A DNA stretch of 64,000 nt from an uncultured delta proteobacterium (GTDB taxonomy: Bacteria; Myxococcota_A; Polyangia; Polyangiales; B10-G4), in contig CAVSGI010000012.1 in NCBI GenBank assembly GCA_963727445.1, positions 192,001 through 256,000 on the forward strand, given 5' to 3'. The position numbers and the translations under genes are program-made. This document shows, one piece after another, positions 59,425 through 64,000 of the stretch; within the stretch, counting starts at the first letter, position 1, and each line of letters starts with the position of its first letter. The notes beneath the pieces were generated by a model. That model did no database searches and was not told the origin of the DNA. It saw nothing but the letters and a program-made list of their open reading frames with translations.

Positions 59425-59578
59425 GGGGACGGTCTACACTTTTCAACTTTCGACGCCGAACCGGACGCCGCGCCCCCTCCCACGCCTTCCCGATCCCGAG
59501 TCTAGGTTTCGGGGACGGTCTACACTTTTCAACTTTCGACGCCGAACCGGACGCCGCGCCCCCTCCCACGCCTTCCCG
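59420..59578. repeat. Perfect 73-bp direct repeat x2 (13-bp spacer)
   Basis: 59420-59492 identical to 59506-59578. Confidence 0.92.
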
Positions 59579-59625
59579 CTAGGGGCGGCACTTGCGGCAT
59601 TCGAATCTGACGGTCGCCATCCCTC

Positions 59626-60411
59626 TCAGCACTCGCCCGTGCGGCGTTGCAGGTCGAAGCGGATGTTCATGTCGACCTTCTCGATCACCATCATGTCGAG
59701 CGCGCCGAGTGGGGCTTCGCCGCAGCTCGGGTTGGGCAGCTCCACGGTCGCGGAGACGACGACCTCGCCGCCCTCCACGCGCACGTCGTCGATGCGTACG
59801 CTCGCCATCCCCGGCTGCACGACGCCGACCACGATCGCGCGTCCGAAGTCGATGGTCTCCGGCGGGGCACCGACGAAGAGGCCCTCCCACTCGTCGACGG
59901 TTCGCACGATGAGGGCGGTCGTCGATTGCGGGTCCGCCAGTTGGTCCCAGCGAACCGCGAGGTGGCGCTCCCTCGGTGGGGGCGGAGGCTCTTCGCTCTC
60001 TTCTGGGAGCTCGGGCGCCGGCTGAGGGGCGAACGACGCGAGCCACAGCACTTTGGAGCGATGCTCGACCGACTGCTCTGGGTCGGTATCGGCCCGCTCC
60101 TCGTAGCTGGTCTCACTCACCCCGCCTTCGACCGTGGCCGGCAGACGGCCTCTTGGCGCCTCCCGCGCGGCCGCGAGGGCCGCGGCGTAGCCAGGGGAAT
60201 CGCGACCGACGATGTAGAAGGCGTCGTCATCGCCGAAGAAGACGAGCTCGAATCCCTGTCCCCCAGCGCTGAAGTCGCCGACCAGCTCTCCGGTCAGGCG
60301 CACCACCTCCGTTTCGGCCGGCTCTTCGGCCCCTGAGCTGCTCGAGGCGCCGCACGCACAGGCGAGCCAAGCGACGAGCAGCGCCAAGAGGAGCTTCGAG
60401 CGACGTGGCAT
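59626..60411 (-). CDS. Hypothetical lipoprotein, C-terminal PrcB-like domain
   Basis: Lipobox-like [21 protein letters not shown]...VRIDDV. Confidence 0.55.
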   Translation of the reverse strand: MPRRSKLLLALLVAWLACACGASSSSGAEEPAETEVVRLTGELVGDFSAGGQGFELVFFGDDDAFYIVGRDSPGYAAALAAAREAPRGRLPATVEGGVSETSYEERADTDPEQSVEHRSKVLWLASFAPQPAPELPEESEEPPPPPRERHLAVRWDQLADPQSTTALIVRTVDEWEGLFVGAPPETIDFGRAIVVGVVQPGMASVRIDDVRVEGGEVVVSATVELPNPSCGEAPLGALDMMVIEKVDMNIRFDLQRRTGEC

Positions 60412-60415
60412 GAGC

Positions 60416-61018
60416 TCAGAGCTGCGGCACCACCGCGGACTCGTCGTCTGCGGCGCAGGTGCGCTCCTCGAACCAGAAGACGCGCAGGGTCGTGGGGTCG
60501 AAGGCGTCCGACGCTGAGGAGCCTTCCGGGGAGAAGGCGACGTGGTCGGCGAAGAGGGTGGGGAGCGGGTACTGCGTGACGCCCTCACCTTCGTCGACGC
60601 GCTGCGGACCCGAGGCCGTCACGAGAGCCCGCGTGGGACCGGTGAGCTCCATCGTCGAGCCGCTGAACTTCGCGGACCAGTACTCCAGGTTGTACTCGCC
60701 GAAGAGCGAACGGTAGATGTAGAAGCTCGGCGCATCCGGGGCGTCGCTCGCCTCCACGAGATTAGGCACTTCGTTCGCCACCTCGAAGCGCACGCATCCC
60801 GAAGCCATCTTCACGAAGACCTCTCCCTGGGCCTGCAGCGTTTCGATCAGCTCGGCGCGGTCGTCGGCTTCGGTGCGCGCGGCTTCCGCGGGCGTGACTT
60901 CCTCGCCCTCACCGCGGGCCGATTCGGGCGCCGTGTCCTGCGCCTGGCTCCCACCACACCCGGCGGCCAGACACGCGATCAGCACTGCTCCCCAGAAGTA
61001 ATGCGTCGAGCGCTTCAT
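60416..61018 (-). CDS. Hypothetical lipoprotein
   Basis: Lipobox AAGC; GGA RBS; co-oriented with neighbours. Confidence 0.6.
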   Translation of the reverse strand: MKRSTHYFWGAVLIACLAAGCGGSQAQDTAPESARGEGEEVTPAEAARTEADDRAELIETLQAQGEVFVKMASGCVRFEVANEVPNLVEASDAPDAPSFYIYRSLFGEYNLEYWSAKFSGSTMELTGPTRALVTASGPQRVDEGEGVTQYPLPTLFADHVAFSPEGSSASDAFDPTTLRVFWFEERTCAADDESAVVPQL

Positions 61019-61021
61019 CCT

Positions 61022-62254
61022 TCAGCGATCCTCCCTCTGTACGTCGTGCTCCCGCAAGTACCCGCCAAAGCGCTCGCGGATCCCCTCGGCGGTGAGGCCC
61101 CATTGGGCGGCCGAGTAGTGATGTTTGCCGTTCTTGTTGCGCGGGTGGTCCGCGACCTTCGCGCGTACGGCCGCCTCGGCCTCGTCGGACCAGGGGTCAC
61201 CGAAATGTTCGGCGATGCGGCGGACCATCGCGACCGGATCTTCCACGAATGCGTGGTAGTCGACGTCGAGGATGTGGTCGTCGGGGATCCGGGGGCGCTG
61301 CTCGGTGGCGGCGTCCAGGTAGTGCGAGAAGCGGTCGAGGATCTTCTGGCCGACGGCGTTGGGGTCGTAGCTGCCGTAATAGGTGCGGTGATGGATGGCC
61401 GAGAGGCTGCAGTACGAAGAAACCGAGGTGGCCGGGTCGCGATGCATGAAGACGATGCGCGCCTCGGGGATCGCCTGGTGCAGGGCCTCGATGCAGGGCG
61501 TGTGGCTGGGGTCCTTGAGGACGAGGCCCCGGTCGCGAAAGGTGCTGACGTACTCGAGGATGGCGCGGTAGTCGCCGTAGGGCTCACGCATGTCACACGC
61601 GTCGAGCCACGCGACGTACGTCGGGACATCCAGGACGACGCCCCACGCGTGGCTGCGCATCGCGCTCGACATGGCGAGCCAACATTCTTCCGGGGCATCG
61701 CCCCGAAAAGGGTGGATGACCTCGAGCTCTGGGCTGACGAAGGCAGCCGACCGAGCCATGCGTCGCGCCTCGGCTTCGCGGCCGGGCTCAGGCACGGGAC
61801 AGAGCAGCTCGTAGGTCGAGAGGCCCTCCCGGTTCGGGAGGGCCGACAGGAGGTTGTGCATGAACGTGGTGCCGGTCCGGAACAGGCCCGTGACGAAGTA
61901 CGGCGGGCGTTTGAAGCCCATACCCTCGGGCGGGTTGGCGAGGGCGCGGCGCATCTTCAAGCGGGTCAGGTGGTAGCGAAGGAGAATGTCCACCATCGCG
62001 ATGCGGCCGAGGAAGTTGCAGGTGTAGTCGGCCAGGTCCTTCTCGAGGAGCTCGCCGGCGCGCTCGTAGTCTGGGGTGAGGCCCCAGTCGCTGAACCCGA
62101 CTTTGCGCTCGGCCGTTCGCCTCAGGCCCTCGATGGTGATCGGCCGGCGATCGCTGCCGCCGACGAAGAAGCCGCCGACCGCATCGACCACGCGCAGCGG
62201 TGCGCGAAGGTGCGGCCTGTTGACGGTGTTGGTGGGGGGCGTGGCCCGGCTCAT
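61022..62254 (-). CDS. Sulfotransferase family protein
   Basis: PYFVTGLFRTGTTFMHNLL (PAPS loop), LKDPSH, MHRDP, HHYS. Confidence 0.85.
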   Translation of the reverse strand: MSRATPPTNTVNRPHLRAPLRVVDAVGGFFVGGSDRRPITIEGLRRTAERKVGFSDWGLTPDYERAGELLEKDLADYTCNFLGRIAMVDILLRYHLTRLKMRRALANPPEGMGFKRPPYFVTGLFRTGTTFMHNLLSALPNREGLSTYELLCPVPEPGREAEARRMARSAAFVSPELEVIHPFRGDAPEECWLAMSSAMRSHAWGVVLDVPTYVAWLDACDMREPYGDYRAILEYVSTFRDRGLVLKDPSHTPCIEALHQAIPEARIVFMHRDPATSVSSYCSLSAIHHRTYYGSYDPNAVGQKILDRFSHYLDAATEQRPRIPDDHILDVDYHAFVEDPVAMVRRIAEHFGDPWSDEAEAAVRAKVADHPRNKNGKHHYSAAQWGLTAEGIRERFGGYLREHDVQREDR

Positions 62255-62508
62255 TCGCGGGCGGAGCGTACCATTTGGTCGCCGCAGCACGGACCCTAAC
62301 AGACGTGGTAGCAAGGAGAGCATGACGTTGGACCCCAAACCCGCGGACTCGCCGGGGATCCCCATCAAGCCGAGATCCGTCGCGTCGAACGCCTGCGGCA
62401 CCTCCGTTCCATCGAGTCGGTTCCGAAGGTCGTACTCGACGCCGAAAAAGAATCACAGTTGATGGAAGCGGTTCGCATGCTCATCGCGCTGCCCGACGAA
62501 GAAACGCA

Positions 62509-63750
62509 ATGACAGAGGGTGCGCCGAGCGAAGCACCGCGCACCGGTCCGCGTACTTCGCTCGCCTGGGACGTCGCGCCCGGAACGCTCCTCGCCGGTAT
62601 GGCGGGTGGGCTGGTGTTTCCCATCCTCCCGATCGTGGCGATGGAGCACGGCCTGTCGCTTCCGTTCATCGGCGTGATCCTCGCCGCTAACCGTGCGGTG
62701 CGCGTCGTCTCGAGCCCCTTCGTCGGCTCCTTCGCGGACCGATTCGGCGCGCGACGCATGCTGCTCTTCGGCCTCGCCGTACAGACGGTGGTGCTCGCGC
62801 TCTTCGGCCTCGGCGACGTGACGGGCATCGTCGGGCCGTTCTTCCTCGCGGGCCGCCTGCTCCACGGCCTCAGCTCGGCCTCCGTGTTCATCGCGGCCCA
62901 GGCGCTCGCGCTGCATGCGGGCGGCGCCGCGCAAGGCGGGCGTGCCGCCGGGACCGTGCGCGCGTCCATCGTCCTCGGCGTGCCCATCGGGCTGGCGGCG
63001 GGCGGCCTGCTCTCGGAGGCGATCGGTGATGCGATGACATTTGCCGTCGCGGGGTGCGCGGTGCTCGTGGCGCTGGTGGTGGCGTCCGTCCGCGTGCCCG
63101 ACCTGCGCTCTCCTTTCGAGCGAGACACATCCTTTCGCGAGACGCTCCGCGCCATGCGCGATCGGCGCCTGGTCGCCATCGGCGTCCTCAACATGATCCT
63201 CAACTTCGCGTTCGGGGGCATGATCCTCGCGACGATCGCGCTGTTGGTGCACGCCCGCGATCTCTCGGTGCTCGGGCGCAACGAGCAGGGGACGGCGGGC
63301 CTGCTGATGGCGCTCGCGATCACCGTCGACGCGGCCACGACGCCCCTCGCCGGGCGCATCGGCGATCGGTGGCGAGCGCACGCGCGGGTCGCCACCGTGG
63401 CGATGCTGCTGGTCGTGGCCGGCCTCGCCGTCGTCGGCTCCTCCGCGCACGTCGGGGGCGTGGCGGCAGGCCTCGTTCTCATCGGGCTCGGGGCCGCGGG
63501 GCTGGGCCCCTCGCTGCTCGTCCTGATGGGCGCGCTCGTGCCGCGCGAACGACGCGGAACAGCGGTCGGATTGCTGCAGCTCTGTGGCGACGCCGGCGGC
63601 GTCCTCGGGCCCATCGTCGGCACCGCGCTCCTGCCGCACGACGTCGGCATCCCCTACATCGCCACCGCCGGGGTCGTCGCGTGCTTCGTGCCGCTCGCGG
63701 CGTGGCTGGCGCGCGTCGAGGCCCGAGGGCCCGACAGCGCTCAGAAGTAG
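62509..63750 (+). CDS. MFS transporter
   Basis: About 12 TM; GSFADRFGARR and GRIGDRW motif A. Confidence 0.9.
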   Translation: MTEGAPSEAPRTGPRTSLAWDVAPGTLLAGMAGGLVFPILPIVAMEHGLSLPFIGVILAANRAVRVVSSPFVGSFADRFGARRMLLFGLAVQTVVLALFGLGDVTGIVGPFFLAGRLLHGLSSASVFIAAQALALHAGGAAQGGRAAGTVRASIVLGVPIGLAAGGLLSEAIGDAMTFAVAGCAVLVALVVASVRVPDLRSPFERDTSFRETLRAMRDRRLVAIGVLNMILNFAFGGMILATIALLVHARDLSVLGRNEQGTAGLLMALAITVDAATTPLAGRIGDRWRAHARVATVAMLLVVAGLAVVGSSAHVGGVAAGLVLIGLGAAGLGPSLLVLMGALVPRERRGTAVGLLQLCGDAGGVLGPIVGTALLPHDVGIPYIATAGVVACFVPLAAWLARVEARGPDSAQK

Positions 63751-63756
63751 GCGGCC

Positions 63757-63975
63757 TCAGCCGGCCAGCGACGTGCGTCCTCGCTCCGCGCGCTCCTTAC
63801 ACAGCTGGTGGACGAGACTTCGGAGCCTCGAAACCGTTTCTTCGTTGGGGGTCTCGGAGGAGGCGAGGGCGATGACGACGCCATCGGCGTCGGCGGATGC
63901 GATGCGGCGAACGGCGGCGTCGCTCATCTGCGCGACGGCTTGTGCGGCGCGCTTTTCGAGGTCGGGGAGGTCCAT
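63757..63975 (-). CDS. Small hypothetical protein
   Basis: 72-aa helical ORF convergent on the MFS gene; no motif. Confidence 0.4.
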   Translation of the reverse strand: MDLPDLEKRAAQAVAQMSDAAVRRIASADADGVVIALASSETPNEETVSRLRSLVHQLCKERAERGRTSLAG

Positions 63976-64000
63976 GGGGAGTACTGCTTTGGTGGCGGGG

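Noticed and set aside
59420..59578. Mini-CRISPR
   Set aside because: Repeat (73 bp) too long, spacer (13 bp) too short, only two copies
62255..62401. N-terminal extension of the sulfotransferase ORF
   Set aside because: No recognisable similarity; ATG at 62254 fits the expected domain start better, though this is unproven

Overview
Very high-GC bacterial chromosomal DNA, most likely a myxobacterium of the Polyangiales/Sandaracinaceae type (inferred from eukaryote-like Ser/Thr kinases, a ZnR-GYF GltJ/AgmX-like gliding protein, and many Cys-rich or TPR lipoproteins). The left half carries housekeeping and envelope genes: transaldolase/FSA, NUDIX, NAD kinase, glutaminyl cyclase, an octaheme-TPR cytochrome, lnt, murA, hisG, a ComEA-like gene, pepA, fadR-like tetR-etfB-etfA, plsY, PilZ and an ECF sigma factor. 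The right half carries the core cluster tRNA-Thr/Tyr/Gly/Thr, tuf, rpmG, tRNA-Trp, secE, nusG, then rplK-rplA-rplJ-rplL-rpoB-rpoC, with a ~9.9 kb accessory block between nusG and rplK. Essential genes at 48.4-57.4 kb and etfA are riddled with single-base indels, almost certainly uncorrected long-read errors. The most unusual element is a 1.6 kb non-coding locus (28.9-30.5 kb) with nested repeats: a duplicated gene end, a hexamer/25-bp tract, and ~125-bp degenerate inverted arms enclosing a 52-bp x ~6 tandem array whose units carry palindromes and a C(TTCG)G tetraloop hairpin, followed by a second, different repeat with the same 52-bp period. No CRISPR, transposase, integrase or rRNA was found. 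All product calls come from motif recognition, not database searches.
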